This document shows, one piece after another, positions 45,667 to 55,252 of a DNA stretch of 64,000 nt. The stretch lies in sequence record OQ790161.1. One strand, written 5' to 3'. The notes beneath the pieces were generated by a model. It did not search any database, was not told the origin of the DNA, and worked only from the letters and a program-made list of their open reading frames with translations. Position numbers and translations under genes: made by a program. Every line of letters starts with the position of its first letter. Position 1 is the first letter of the stretch.

Positions 45667-45855
45667 ATGAACGAGAACACCAAGTCCACCATCAAGTCCA
45701 TTGCCAAGAACGTCGGCATCTTCGCAGCTTCCTTCACCGTCACCTACCTGGTGATCAAGGGCGTCCAGAAGGTGGCCGAGCAGATGTCCGGTGAGGTCAT
45801 CATCCTCGAGCCGGTCGCCGGCGTCAGCGAAGTGATCGTCGACGCGGTCGGCTAA
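45667..45855 (+). CDS. Small single-TM protein
   Basis: GAGG RBS; VGIFAASFTVTYLVI hydrophobic helix. Confidence 0.7.
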   Translation: MNENTKSTIKSIAKNVGIFAASFTVTYLVIKGVQKVAEQMSGEVIILEPVAGVSEVIVDAVG

Positions 45856-45866
45856 GCAACGTCCCT

Positions 45867-45898
45867 GGCCCTACCCTCCGGGGTAGGGCTTTTATGCC
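45867..45898 (+). terminator. Hairpin, TTATGCC flank
   Basis: gccctaccc-tccg-gggtagggc-ttttatgcc. Confidence 0.7.
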
Positions 45899-45953
45899 AC
45901 ACAACCCATCGAGAGTCGTTGACTCTTCCATTCTCTCTCTAGAGGTACTCGTA

Positions 45954-46715
45954 ATGTCCAACAAGCTCAAGACCCTGATCATCACCAACGCTGTCGCCAT
46001 CCGTCTGCTGGACATTGCCGGTAACTCTGGCATTCTCCACCATGATGTCCACGGCACCCACGACGAAGGCGTCGATGGTCTGTCCATCTCCCATGAACAT
46101 CCCGAACATGGCCCGCAGGTCATGCGTGCTGACCGCATCAGCGAGAACTACTTCAACGTCACCTTCACCGGCAGCCCGGACTACCTGAAGTCCATCGGCG
46201 TCAACGGCTGGACCAGCAGCATCGAAACGCTGTTCCAGTATCTGGGCAATGTCGATCGTCGTCTGCTCGGTCTGACCGAGGAGTTCGTCAGCGTGGCCAG
46301 CGAAAACATCGTGCTGTTCAGCACCAACGATGAAGTGTTCGGTGCGCAGGAAGGCGTGCATGAACTGGAGCTGCTGCTGCATCCGATCAGCACTGCGGTC
46401 GATGCGTTGCTGGAAGGTGCTGCCGAGGAAGTGGCAGAGATCGTCCAGCCGGCTGCTGAAGAACTGCTGCGTATCGCCGAGTCGGCCGTCCAGGAAGATG
46501 AGATCCGCGCCGAAGAAGCCCAGGCTGATCCGGCCCCGGAAGCCGAGCAGGTGGCCGCTGAAACCACCGTGGCCGGTTTCGGTCAGAAGGTGCGCAAGTT
46601 CATCAGCTCCCCGTGGGGCGTGGCGGTTGGTACCCTTGCAGTCACCAGTCTGGTGGCCGGCGGTATCTGTCTGCTGCGTAACAAGGCTGGCGTGGATTCC
46701 ATTCCCGAAGCCTAA
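45954..46715 (+). CDS. Acidic protein with C-terminal membrane anchor
   Basis: ATG 45954 with GAGG RBS; WGVAVGTLAVTSLVAGGICLL near the C-terminus. Confidence 0.7.
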   Translation: MSNKLKTLIITNAVAIRLLDIAGNSGILHHDVHGTHDEGVDGLSISHEHPEHGPQVMRADRISENYFNVTFTGSPDYLKSIGVNGWTSSIETLFQYLGNVDRRLLGLTEEFVSVASENIVLFSTNDEVFGAQEGVHELELLLHPISTAVDALLEGAAEEVAEIVQPAAEELLRIAESAVQEDEIRAEEAQADPAPEAEQVAAETTVAGFGQKVRKFISSPWGVAVGTLAVTSLVAGGICLLRNKAGVDSIPEA

Positions 46716-46732
46716 CCCACGATTCAAAAGAG

Positions 46733-46758
46733 TTTCAGAAACATACTGTCATGGTGAA
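46733..46758 (+). promoter_or_regulatory. Putative phage promoter TTTC-N7-TACT-N7-TG
   Basis: TTTC agaaaca TACT gtcatgg TGAA. Confidence 0.55.
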
Positions 46759-46819
46759 GTCGGGCACAACTAAATCAAACCGGCTTCATCTCACCCCAGT
46801 CCAATCTACGAGGTTTACC

Positions 46820-46951
46820 ATGTTCAAGAACATCAAGCCTGAAACGAAAGCCGTGATCGCCGAAACTGCCCGCGTGGCCCTCGGCATCTCGGTGGTGGTC
46901 ACCGTGTCGATGTGCATCAAGAAGGCCGTCGAGAAGGCGGTCGGCGTCTAA
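46820..46951 (+). CDS. Small single-TM protein (43 aa)
   Basis: GAGG RBS; VALGISVVVTVSMCI. Confidence 0.65.
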   Translation: MFKNIKPETKAVIAETARVALGISVVVTVSMCIKKAVEKAVGV

Positions 46952-47010
46952 CTGACGCCACCCTCTCTGCGGTACTGCAACACCATCCCTCGACTTCCAA
47001 GGTAACGATC

Positions 47011-47139
47011 ATGTTCAAGAAGCTCCTGCCCCAGTCCGAAATCGGCAAGCTGTACCTGGCTTCCTTCACCGTTGGTACGGCCATCAGCCTGACCATCGCC
47101 GTCACCCAGACGGTGGTCGGCCGCGTCCTGTACCGCTGA
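47011..47139 (+). CDS. Small single-TM protein (42 aa)
   Basis: AAGG RBS; LYLASFTVGTAISLTIAV. Confidence 0.6.
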   Translation: MFKKLLPQSEIGKLYLASFTVGTAISLTIAVTQTVVGRVLYR

Positions 47140-47288
47140 CCCCCGCCGTGCTCATCCGAGGCGAAAGCTCTCCTCGGTACGGCACCCAGGAGAGACCCAT
47201 GGGATCTCCCTTCCAAGATTCATTCCGCCGCAAACCGCCGGGTCACAACCGACCCGGTCCAATCCCCAATAGCGAGAAGACCAAAACC

Positions 47289-47643
47289 ATGAACCAGAAC
47301 AACGCCGAAACCATCGACCTGACCAACGCCGAAGCCGTCGCTGCCCATGCCGAGAGCCTGCGCCGCCAAGGCCAGCGAGATGGAAGAGCGGCTGCGCGTG
47401 CTGCGCGGTGAAAACGATGCGGCTGCCGTCGGCGGTCCCATCAAGAAGCCGCAGAGCCAGGCCGTGAAGACCGCCAAGAAGATCACCGGCTGGGCCCTGG
47501 GCGTGGGCGTGGTCACCCTGGGCGGTGCCTACCTGTACAGCCGTCTGCGCGCCGCTGGCGTGAACGTGCCGGACGGTGAAGCTGTCGGTGCCGCCGTCGG
47601 CGATACCGTGGCCACCGTGGTCGACGCCGCCACCGGCGGCTGA
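47289..47643 (+). pseudogene. Membrane-anchored protein interrupted by a +1 frameshift at ~47364 (or sequencing error)
   Basis: MNQNNAETIDL...ESLR then an extra C; continues AKASEMEERLRVL...WALGVGVVTLGGAYLY in the next frame. Confidence 0.55.
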
Positions 47644-47728
47644 CTTCTACCCTCTCGGTCTAGTAAACTCGCTAGAGACAGCGTCTCTCCGAGGCCAGCA
47701 GCGCTGTGGCCATCTAGACCGAGAGGAC

Positions 47729-47762
47729 CATACACCCCCTGCCCTTCGGGGCAGGGGTTTTG
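47729..47762 (+). terminator. Hairpin, UUCG loop, T-tail
   Basis: cataca-cccctgccc-ttcg-gggcagggg-tttt. Confidence 0.75.
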
Positions 47763-47839
47763 GGAGGTGCTTAATTTTTTGGTTTCCGTGGCCGATCTTA
47801 TGACTGATCTTCAACCCATCCCTAGGAGCGACCCACGCT

Positions 47840-49504
47840 ATGCCTCGGATCGTCGCAGAACTACCGGAGACGTATGACAACATCATTCGTCCGGTGTCTC
47901 TCGAAGTCGCCCGCCAAATTGCCAAGATGCTCAACCTTCCGGCTGAGATCAACGTTCTGATGCCGGGTCAGGCTGAGACCACACTGTTTCCGAAGACCGC
48001 TGTGGGGAGCAACCCCACCGGTAATCCCGCCACGTTCGGTCACAACGAACGCCTGCTGCTTGAAGTTGCTGAGACGCCGGTGGAGGATCGTATCCTTACC
48101 ACTGCGGTCCATCAAAAGGAGAACGTTCCGTTCTTCTACGACGGCAAGCTGGGCGTGCGCATGTATCCGGTCTACTCCGGAACCGAACTGAGCTTCAACT
48201 TCACCTACCGTGCTGAAGGTCGTGCCACCGCACGGCGCTTCCGCAACAACCTGCTGTCTCACACGGCGGCCATGCGAGAAGAGATCCTCCATGAGGTGAC
48301 CTATTACTACCATGTGCCGTATGTGTTCTTGCATCTGCTCAAACACGTGCACGAACTGCGTGAGAACATCGCAGGCTACGGACAAGACCTGGACCAGTGG
48401 GTCAGTGAGCACATCACGGACAAGGCCACCAATATCACCAACCAGATTGGTGAGAACCAACAGCTGGTGATTCGCGAAACCCAAACCCACGGCATGGGTG
48501 TGTTCCAGTATCTGGGCACCACCGAGCCGGAGGAGAAGGACAAGGAAGGCGGCACGTATCTGGTCAACTTCCAGTACCGCTTTGTCTTTGACCAAGTCAT
48601 CAATGCGGTGGCCGAGTATCCGTTGCTGGTCCATCAGCAATTGGTCGAAGATCACTGGCGTTCCCAGCCGTGGGCCTCGGGTGAGTTGGTTGACCCCAAC
48701 CGCCGTAAGCGTACCCCCAGTCTGTCGCGCTACGCCTTTGATCACTTCGTCAATGGCTTGTACACCGATCCGTGCAAGGTGCGTCTGCAAGACGGCATCA
48801 TCATCCCCAACTTCGATGAGTGGCGTCCGGGCTTTGTCATGCCCAACACCAGCTCGTTGATCACCGCGATGATCGGTGTGGATCCCACCGCTCCCAGTAC
48901 CCTATTTGAACTGATGGGGGATCTAGACGGTCATCAACTGGATCCGGAGCTGACGGAGTTTCTGATCGGCGAAGCACCGCACATGACCACCAAGGGCGCA
49001 TCGATCTTCGATCTGCGGTTGTACGAAGGTGACAACCCGATGGACGATGGTCTGCTCTCGGTCTCCGTGCCGGATCTGATTGTGCTGTCCAACGCCAACA
49101 AGGATCTGCGCAAGGTCTACCACGTGCGACTGGCGCTGGTCAATGACCTGTTCACCTTGAACCCGGCTGCGTGGGAACGTCTGCGTAGCGGGGGTAAGGC
49201 GGCCGTCAAGATCCTCAACTGCCTGCAATTCAAACTGCTGGGCAAAGCATTCGAACCCAAGCTGTTGGGTGGTTACCTGATCAGCAATGCCGATCTGCGT
49301 TTGATCGCCCAACGTATCAACGACTTGAAGGTCCCTCATAAGGGCGGACTGGAACATGTCATGCTGACCGTCAACCAAGTTGTGGTCGTCACCCACAGGA
49401 GTAATGAGAATGTCGCTGATCAGCAGCGGACCGAAGGCACCCAAGCCGAAGGACCCGATCCAGCCGAAGATCCATTCACCAAGCCTGCGGACTGCTGTAG
49501 TTGA
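47840..49504 (+). CDS. Virion structural protein (neck/tail-associated, phiKZ gp99-101 region)
   Basis: 554 aa; AGGAG RBS; start of the second structural operon; synteny inference. Confidence 0.5.
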   Translation: MPRIVAELPETYDNIIRPVSLEVARQIAKMLNLPAEINVLMPGQAETTLFPKTAVGSNPTGNPATFGHNERLLLEVAETPVEDRILTTAVHQKENVPFFYDGKLGVRMYPVYSGTELSFNFTYRAEGRATARRFRNNLLSHTAAMREEILHEVTYYYHVPYVFLHLLKHVHELRENIAGYGQDLDQWVSEHITDKATNITNQIGENQQLVIRETQTHGMGVFQYLGTTEPEEKDKEGGTYLVNFQYRFVFDQVINAVAEYPLLVHQQLVEDHWRSQPWASGELVDPNRRKRTPSLSRYAFDHFVNGLYTDPCKVRLQDGIIIPNFDEWRPGFVMPNTSSLITAMIGVDPTAPSTLFELMGDLDGHQLDPELTEFLIGEAPHMTTKGASIFDLRLYEGDNPMDDGLLSVSVPDLIVLSNANKDLRKVYHVRLALVNDLFTLNPAAWERLRSGGKAAVKILNCLQFKLLGKAFEPKLLGGYLISNADLRLIAQRINDLKVPHKGGLEHVMLTVNQVVVVTHRSNENVADQQRTEGTQAEGPDPAEDPFTKPADCCS

Positions 49505-50813
49505 TAGTCAGTACACCCCACGCGCCTCGCTGTTGCAGTATGTGGACGGCAGCTCGTGGGAGGTAATTTACTACGCCCAAGTGTTGGGACAAGACGACGA
49601 ACCGAAACCTTGGTCGATCGATCTCAGTGCCACCACCCAGCAGTACACCCGCATCACGAACATGGAACTGAAGGTGACCTCGTCGCTGGATCGTTCCATG
49701 AACGAAGAACAACCGGGCCGGAGCTTTGAAGTCTCCGGTACGGCCACCGTGTATCCGACCCACAAGCCCAACAAGGGCGACATGTTCATTGCCGATGCCG
49801 GCGATGGACGTTCGGTGGTGTTTGCCATCGAAGAGGTCGTACGCAAGACCTACCTGCAAGACTCCTACACCGAAGTCACCTACCGCTTGGTGGACTACGT
49901 GGACACCCGACCGGAAATCCTGTCGGATCTGAACCGCAAGGTCGTCAAGCGCGCCGTGTTCGTCAAGGAGTACTTGCAGTACGGGCAGAACCCGCTGTTG
50001 ATGGAAGGTGAGTTCGACGATGTGATGACCATGCACCGTTTGTATGCGGACCTGGTCAACTTCTACTTCAAGGACTTCTACTCCTGGGAGTATCGCACGT
50101 TGATGATCCCCAACCAGAAGCTGCCGGCGTATGATCCGTTTGTCACCTCCACGGTGTCCGAACTGATCAGCACCGATGAAGTGCCGCAGATGTCCCAGTT
50201 GCGTATGCCGGTGGTTTCGGCCAACCGCAACGCTGACAGCTACACGCTGTGGGATGCTCTGATGCGCATGAACGACAGCTACCTCGGTTCGGCCATCCAT
50301 CAAGTCCGCCTGCTCGATACCACCGCCTTCCGTGCACTGCCGGAAGTGTCCAGCATCTACTACACCGGTATCCGGTTGGTGGCATGCCCTCAGGACGCAC
50401 GTACGGACGTTGACGCCCCGTACGAGGAAAGCGCTCCCTGCTTCCGCGGTAACTCGTTGCTGGCCAGCACAGGACTGCGCTGGCGTGATCTGATGCGCTA
50501 CCTGCCCAGCACCAACCTGAAGGGCTTCTTCAAGTACGACGAAGGCGGCCAGCTGTTGCTGCCGGAGTTGCCGGACATTGTCCCGGTGACCGTCGATGAC
50601 TACTACGTGTTGTCGGAGAAGTTCTATCGCCCCGCCGGGCCCTACGCATCCAAGCTGGAGGTCTTGACCAAACAAGCCTTGATGCGTGAGCCCATCGACA
50701 AAGTCACTCTGCTGATGCTTGCACAGAACTGCATGAAGTGGCCCAACCTCGAACGCTTCTACTACATGCCGATCCTTTTCGCTTTGATGAAGGTGGCACT
50801 GAGGACCAACTGA
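49410..50813 (+). CDS. Virion structural protein (neck/head-tail connector-like)
   Basis: ATG 49410 at 8 nt from AGGAG; SSWEVIYYAQVLG and PNKGDMFIADAGDG pattern resembles head-closure/neck proteins. Confidence 0.5.
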   Translation: MSLISSGPKAPKPKDPIQPKIHSPSLRTAVVDSQYTPRASLLQYVDGSSWEVIYYAQVLGQDDEPKPWSIDLSATTQQYTRITNMELKVTSSLDRSMNEEQPGRSFEVSGTATVYPTHKPNKGDMFIADAGDGRSVVFAIEEVVRKTYLQDSYTEVTYRLVDYVDTRPEILSDLNRKVVKRAVFVKEYLQYGQNPLLMEGEFDDVMTMHRLYADLVNFYFKDFYSWEYRTLMIPNQKLPAYDPFVTSTVSELISTDEVPQMSQLRMPVVSANRNADSYTLWDALMRMNDSYLGSAIHQVRLLDTTAFRALPEVSSIYYTGIRLVACPQDARTDVDAPYEESAPCFRGNSLLASTGLRWRDLMRYLPSTNLKGFFKYDEGGQLLLPELPDIVPVTVDDYYVLSEKFYRPAGPYASKLEVLTKQALMREPIDKVTLLMLAQNCMKWPNLERFYYMPILFALMKVALRTN

Positions 50814-51472
50814 TGCGAAGCCGTGTCATTGAAACATTCCTGCCTGATATTCCTGCTCCTTCCGAGCAGACCGCAGCGTACAAGATCTTCAATTACGACT
50901 GGGACATCTTCGTACCCCACATGTTCGTCTACTCGGACGAATACATCCGCCAGGCAGGCACACTGATCAGTGACCCGGCCTACGATGCAGAGCTCCCCAG
51001 CCAGATGGTTGGGGGACGGTACAAGATCGTGGATATGGCCGTGTTGCTCGATGAGGGTGCGCAGCTGCGGCTGAACAACCCCGTCGATGCCAAGACCATC
51101 TACGACATCGTCTCCCAGCATCTGGAAGACTGGAGTCAGCACCTGCTCAAGACTGGCAGCTTCGATCACCGCAATGCACCGCTGGATGATCTGATGAAGC
51201 TGTCGCAGTTGGCCGATCACCTGTACGGCTTTGCTGCGCGTTACTTCACCCATGAAGCTCCGCGCGGTAAGCTGGCCCGTCGACTGGATCAGCTGCGTGG
51301 TCGTATCCAAACCCACATGCGTGCAGGTCAACCTGTCCATCGTGGTGGTCGTCACCGTGTGGTGGTCGATGAGAACGCTCCGCCCGAGCAGGCACCGGTG
51401 ATGCGTCACCATAACGAAAGTACCCAGAACATCCTCGAGAAGGGTGGCGGTGGGAGGAACGGATGGAGCTGA
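50813..51472 (+). CDS. Conserved hypothetical protein
   Basis: TGATG coupling to the upstream gene. Confidence 0.65.
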   Translation: MRSRVIETFLPDIPAPSEQTAAYKIFNYDWDIFVPHMFVYSDEYIRQAGTLISDPAYDAELPSQMVGGRYKIVDMAVLLDEGAQLRLNNPVDAKTIYDIVSQHLEDWSQHLLKTGSFDHRNAPLDDLMKLSQLADHLYGFAARYFTHEAPRGKLARRLDQLRGRIQTHMRAGQPVHRGGRHRVVVDENAPPEQAPVMRHHNESTQNILEKGGGGRNGWS

Positions 51473-52818
51473 GGGATTCTGCCCTGTGGCAAGAAGTACA
51501 GTCCATTGCCTTTGGCGGTGGACAGCTGGGGGCGGTCTATGCGTGGAAGGCCACGTTCAAGGCCGGTAAGAAAGAGGTCGTCCCGTTCAAGCTGATCTCA
51601 CTGGAAGTCTTCCGTGACTTCCGTCAGGCTTACGGCGATGAGATCGTGCTGGAGATCATGATGCCAGCAGGTGATTTCATCTACGATCTCTACCCCCATC
51701 GTCAGAACCTGATCGTCACCTTGTCCAAGGAAGGCCGTCAGCGTGAGTCGGACAGTCCGATGTTGTCTCCGGACATCGAAGCGCAGCAACTGCGCGCCAC
51801 GCTGGTGGATGACTTCTCTGTGACCGTGGAAGGGGCCATGTCCGCTGCCCACAGTCGCGAAGCCTTGAACATGATGACGCCCCTGACGATCAAGTTCCAG
51901 TTGATCGATCTGGCGCTGGAACGTATCCGTTTGCACTCGGTGGGTGGTGTCTTCAAGGACACCACACCGGCTGACGCACTGGGTTGGTGTTTGACTTCGG
52001 TCAGTCTCCAACTCGGACTGGATACGGAAAACGCCATCAAGGGTGTGGAGATGGTGGAATCCACCAACACCGATCCTTACAAGCACATGGTGATCCCGCA
52101 CGGAACCAAGTTCCCGGATTTGCCAATGGTGTTCCAAAAGAAAGTGGGCGGTATCTATCCCACGGGACTGGGCATGTATTTGTACCAGCACCTGTGGTAT
52201 GTCTACCCGCTGTATGACCTGACGCGTTTTGACAAGTCGACCAAGACTTTGACGCTGATCAACGTCCCCAAGAATCTGCTCCCGAACGTGGAGAGTACTT
52301 ACCGCACCACAGCCAACCAGATCATCGCGTTGGTTACCGGTGATGTCAAGCACGTGGATCGTTCTGAAGCAATGCTGATGAACCAAGGTAACGGTGTTCG
52401 TTTCTTGGACTCGCGTCGGGTGGTGGATGGCTTTGCCGATACCTCTGAAGGTGAGAACAAGGCAACGGTGAGCCGGGCCGACAACAGCAGCGAGTTCGTT
52501 ATCGAACAACGCCTGAGTGAGCTCAACAATGTCTCCACGGCAAATGGTCGGATCACGGCCAACAAGTTTGCGGAGATGTCCAAGCTGGCTCAGCGTGTAG
52601 GTAGCGAGTTGCAGTGTCTGTGGGAGAACTCGGATCTGGGAACGATCTATCCGGGCATGCCGGTCAAGTACATGTACATCAAGGATGATCGCATTCACGA
52701 ACTGAAAGGGATCGTCTTGGGTGCACAGCACTACGTTCAAACCCATGGTGTCGGTGTGACGGAAACGCGTCATCGCACTGACACTGCACTTCACCTGTTC
52801 GTTTCGCGCGAAAAGTAA
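51463..52818 (+). CDS. Baseplate hub-like virion protein
   Basis: 451 aa beta-rich protein; IYPGMPVKY...LKGIVLG is like the C-terminal OB region of hub proteins; inference. Confidence 0.45.
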   Translation: MELRDSALWQEVQSIAFGGGQLGAVYAWKATFKAGKKEVVPFKLISLEVFRDFRQAYGDEIVLEIMMPAGDFIYDLYPHRQNLIVTLSKEGRQRESDSPMLSPDIEAQQLRATLVDDFSVTVEGAMSAAHSREALNMMTPLTIKFQLIDLALERIRLHSVGGVFKDTTPADALGWCLTSVSLQLGLDTENAIKGVEMVESTNTDPYKHMVIPHGTKFPDLPMVFQKKVGGIYPTGLGMYLYQHLWYVYPLYDLTRFDKSTKTLTLINVPKNLLPNVESTYRTTANQIIALVTGDVKHVDRSEAMLMNQGNGVRFLDSRRVVDGFADTSEGENKATVSRADNSSEFVIEQRLSELNNVSTANGRITANKFAEMSKLAQRVGSELQCLWENSDLGTIYPGMPVKYMYIKDDRIHELKGIVLGAQHYVQTHGVGVTETRHRTDTALHLFVSREK

Positions 52819-52832
52819 TCAAGGAACCTGCA

Positions 52833-53339
52833 ATGTCCAATCCCATTCCCCCCACTCCCCAGCAACGCCTCACTGCGCTCGTCAATGCGGTCAATGACAA
52901 GCAGTGGACCGCCGGTCAGCTGGTCTTCGCCAATCCCACCACGGTCACCGGTGTCAACAACACCACCGTTGAAGTCAGTGCGGCCGCCGGCCAAGTCTAC
53001 ACCGGCAATGTGACCCTGCGTTACAACCGTGTGGACCTGGACGAAGCCCCCGGCAGTGAGTCGGTCGAGTTCGCCGTCGAAGACGGGCTGGACATGACCC
53101 AGCTGATCACGCTGCTGCGTGCACGCTTCAACGTGGACCTCAGTGCCAGTGACGTGCAGTCGCAAGTGCTGCCCTCCCCGACCCTGGACGGTGTGGACGT
53201 CACCCTGACGGCAGCGCCGGGCTCGTTCCTGTGGAACGGTGCACTGACCATCACGCTGAAGTCGGCCCTGATCCCGCTGGCCGATGTCATCATGCAGACC
53301 CAGCTCAACGGCTTCACCATCGAAGACCTGCGCCTGTAA
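52833..53339 (+). CDS. Tail/fibre-associated Ig-like virion protein of the phiKZ paralog family
   Basis: NNTTVEVSA...YTGNVTLRYNRVDL motif. Confidence 0.6.
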   Translation: MSNPIPPTPQQRLTALVNAVNDKQWTAGQLVFANPTTVTGVNNTTVEVSAAAGQVYTGNVTLRYNRVDLDEAPGSESVEFAVEDGLDMTQLITLLRARFNVDLSASDVQSQVLPSPTLDGVDVTLTAAPGSFLWNGALTITLKSALIPLADVIMQTQLNGFTIEDLRL

Positions 53340-53341
53340 CC

Positions 53342-53379
53342 GGCATAAGCCCCCGCCCTTCGGGGCGGGGGGTCTATGT
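53342..53379. terminator. Bidirectional hairpin, GGCATAAG family
   Basis: ggcataag-cccccgccc-ttcg-gggcggggg-gtctatg. Confidence 0.75.
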
Positions 53380-53383
53380 TGCT

Positions 53384-53824
53384 TTATGCCTGCTGCACCT
53401 TGAGCCAGGGACGGGCGTCCTTGGGTTCGGGATTCCACGGACTGACGGCCACGAACTTGTAGCCCTTCAGTTCGCTCAGGGTGGCCAGCTTGATCTGACG
53501 GTTGTCGAAGTAGTACACCTCGGTGAAGTCCTTGGACCCCACTTCGCAGATCAGGTGCCCTTCGCCGGTTTCCACACGACAGATGACCAGACGTGCATTG
53601 AAGCCATGCGCACGGGCCTTGTCCAAGCTCACCAGCGCGAACTCTTCGCAGTCACCGGTAAAGCGCGTCACGCCCGAACGGCCGATGTTCTTGAGAGTCT
53701 CGGCACCTTCCCACTTTTCCACCAGACCGTGCTTTTCTTGATCGGTGACGTAGGTAAACTTCTCACGGATTTGGCGATGCAGATCACTGAGCTCGCCGTA
53801 CTGTCCACGTTCGAAACCGGCCAT
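53384..53824 (-). CDS. Transglutaminase-like cysteine proteinase (BTLCP/LapG-like) catalytic domain
   Basis: GDCEEFAL (Cys), GEGHLI (His), FDNR (Asp). Confidence 0.8.
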   Translation of the reverse strand: MAGFERGQYGELSDLHRQIREKFTYVTDQEKHGLVEKWEGAETLKNIGRSGVTRFTGDCEEFALVSLDKARAHGFNARLVICRVETGEGHLICEVGSKDFTEVYYFDNRQIKLATLSELKGYKFVAVSPWNPEPKDARPWLKVQQA

Positions 53825-53985
53825 TAGCAGGCACCTCCACGCTTACGAAGATCGACGCAGCCCGGAGGCGGCGCAGTTTCACCACTGGTCGGCAGTGGTG
53901 CATTGCCACGGGGTTCGGCACTGGTGCAACTGACCAGTCCTCCCAGGCACAGCGTCAGCAAGGACGCGATCACAAACTTCTTCAT
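53824..53985 (-). CDS. Small lipoprotein (53 aa) coupled to the protease gene
   Basis: MKKFVIASLLTLCLGGLVS-C lipobox; TAATG stop/start overlap with the downstream gene. Confidence 0.7.
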   Translation of the reverse strand: MKKFVIASLLTLCLGGLVSCTSAEPRGNAPLPTSGETAPPPGCVDLRKRGGAC

Positions 53986-54090
53986 GTGGCAAAACTCCGG
54001 CGATGAGGTATCTATACCATGGCGTAATTGATTACAGGCATTGTGAATGCTGTGTCTACGTCTGGGAATTACCCCGTGAAATACCAACCA

Positions 54091-54741
54091 ATGAAGTACC
54101 CGCGCTTTCTGGTCATCGAGGGCCCGGACGGTAGCGGAAAGACCACGCAGCTGCATATGCTCCGCGACTACTTGGAAAGCAAGGGCGTCGAGGTGGTGAT
54201 GGTGCGTGAACCCGGCGGCACCGTCGTGGGTGAAGGCATCCGCCAACTGTTCAAGGACAACTTCGGCAAGACCGATCCGCTGGCTGAAGCATTGATGATG
54301 CTCGCCGCACGGCAACAGCTCACCGCCGAAGTCATCGAGCCGGCTTTTGCACGTGGTGCGTGGGTCATCTCCGATCGCCATACCCCGTCCCTGTTTGCCT
54401 ATCAAGGCGGTGGCCAGCAGTTGGGCTTCTCCACCCTGATCCGTCTGCGTGAGGGACTGGGTGATCGCAACCGTAACGCCGATGCAACCGTGATCCTCAC
54501 CGTGGATCCGGAAGAGCGTCAGCGTCGTCTGGAGGCGCGTGGGGAGCTGGACAAGATCGATACCGCCGGCGAAGCCTTCTCCACCCGAGTGGCCGAGGCC
54601 TACGATGAAATGATCAATGGCAACTGGTCCTTGCAGATGGGTGTGCTGCATGACGTCGACGGCAACGGCAATCCCGATGAGGTCCATGCCACGATCCTGG
54701 ACACGCTGTACTTCGAGCTGAAGGAGCTGGATCGTGTCTGA
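54091..54741 (+). CDS. tmk: Thymidylate kinase
   Basis: FLVIEGPDGSGKTT, VREPGGT, AEALMMLAAR, VISDRH..S.FAYQGGG. Confidence 0.95.
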   Translation: MKYPRFLVIEGPDGSGKTTQLHMLRDYLESKGVEVVMVREPGGTVVGEGIRQLFKDNFGKTDPLAEALMMLAARQQLTAEVIEPAFARGAWVISDRHTPSLFAYQGGGQQLGFSTLIRLREGLGDRNRNADATVILTVDPEERQRRLEARGELDKIDTAGEAFSTRVAEAYDEMINGNWSLQMGVLHDVDGNGNPDEVHATILDTLYFELKELDRV

Positions 54742-55249
54742 GTTCACCCAAGCCAATACCTTGGGGGAGCTGCAAAAGCTGATGCGGGTCGGAGACGCTG
54801 ATCGGGAATTCCTGATTGCCCAACTGAACCTGTTGGCACAACTGCTGTACTACGAAGGTGAGAAAGAAGACGGACTGGTGCGCGCAGCGATCGGCGGCAT
54901 GCACTTCTGTCTGAATCGCCTGCGTGAGATTTACCGTGAAGAAGGTAAGTCCCCCAAATCGCTGGAGGCACTGGAAGAGATTTACGCAGGAGTCGAGTTG
55001 GGACGCTTCAGTCCCAGCCGTGAGGCCGTGCGTGAGAAAGCACAAGAGATGTTGACCGACTTCATCCGATGCAATGCGCATCGCTTTGAGGTAAACGGTC
55101 AGGAATTCTTCGTGCTCTCCAGTGCCACCAATCAAACCACACGTGAAGGTAAGCGCCTGTTCGCAGGTGAGATCATCGAGACGGGAGATCCGGGAGTTCC
55201 CAACTTCCAGAAGATCGTTGAGCACCTTCAGAAAAACTCAAGGAAATAG
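54734..55249 (+). CDS. Hypothetical protein
   Basis: GTG start with AAGGAG RBS, overlapping the tmk end. Confidence 0.65.
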   Translation: MSEFTQANTLGELQKLMRVGDADREFLIAQLNLLAQLLYYEGEKEDGLVRAAIGGMHFCLNRLREIYREEGKSPKSLEALEEIYAGVELGRFSPSREAVREKAQEMLTDFIRCNAHRFEVNGQEFFVLSSATNQTTREGKRLFAGEIIETGDPGVPNFQKIVEHLQKNSRK

Positions 55250-55252
55250 AGA

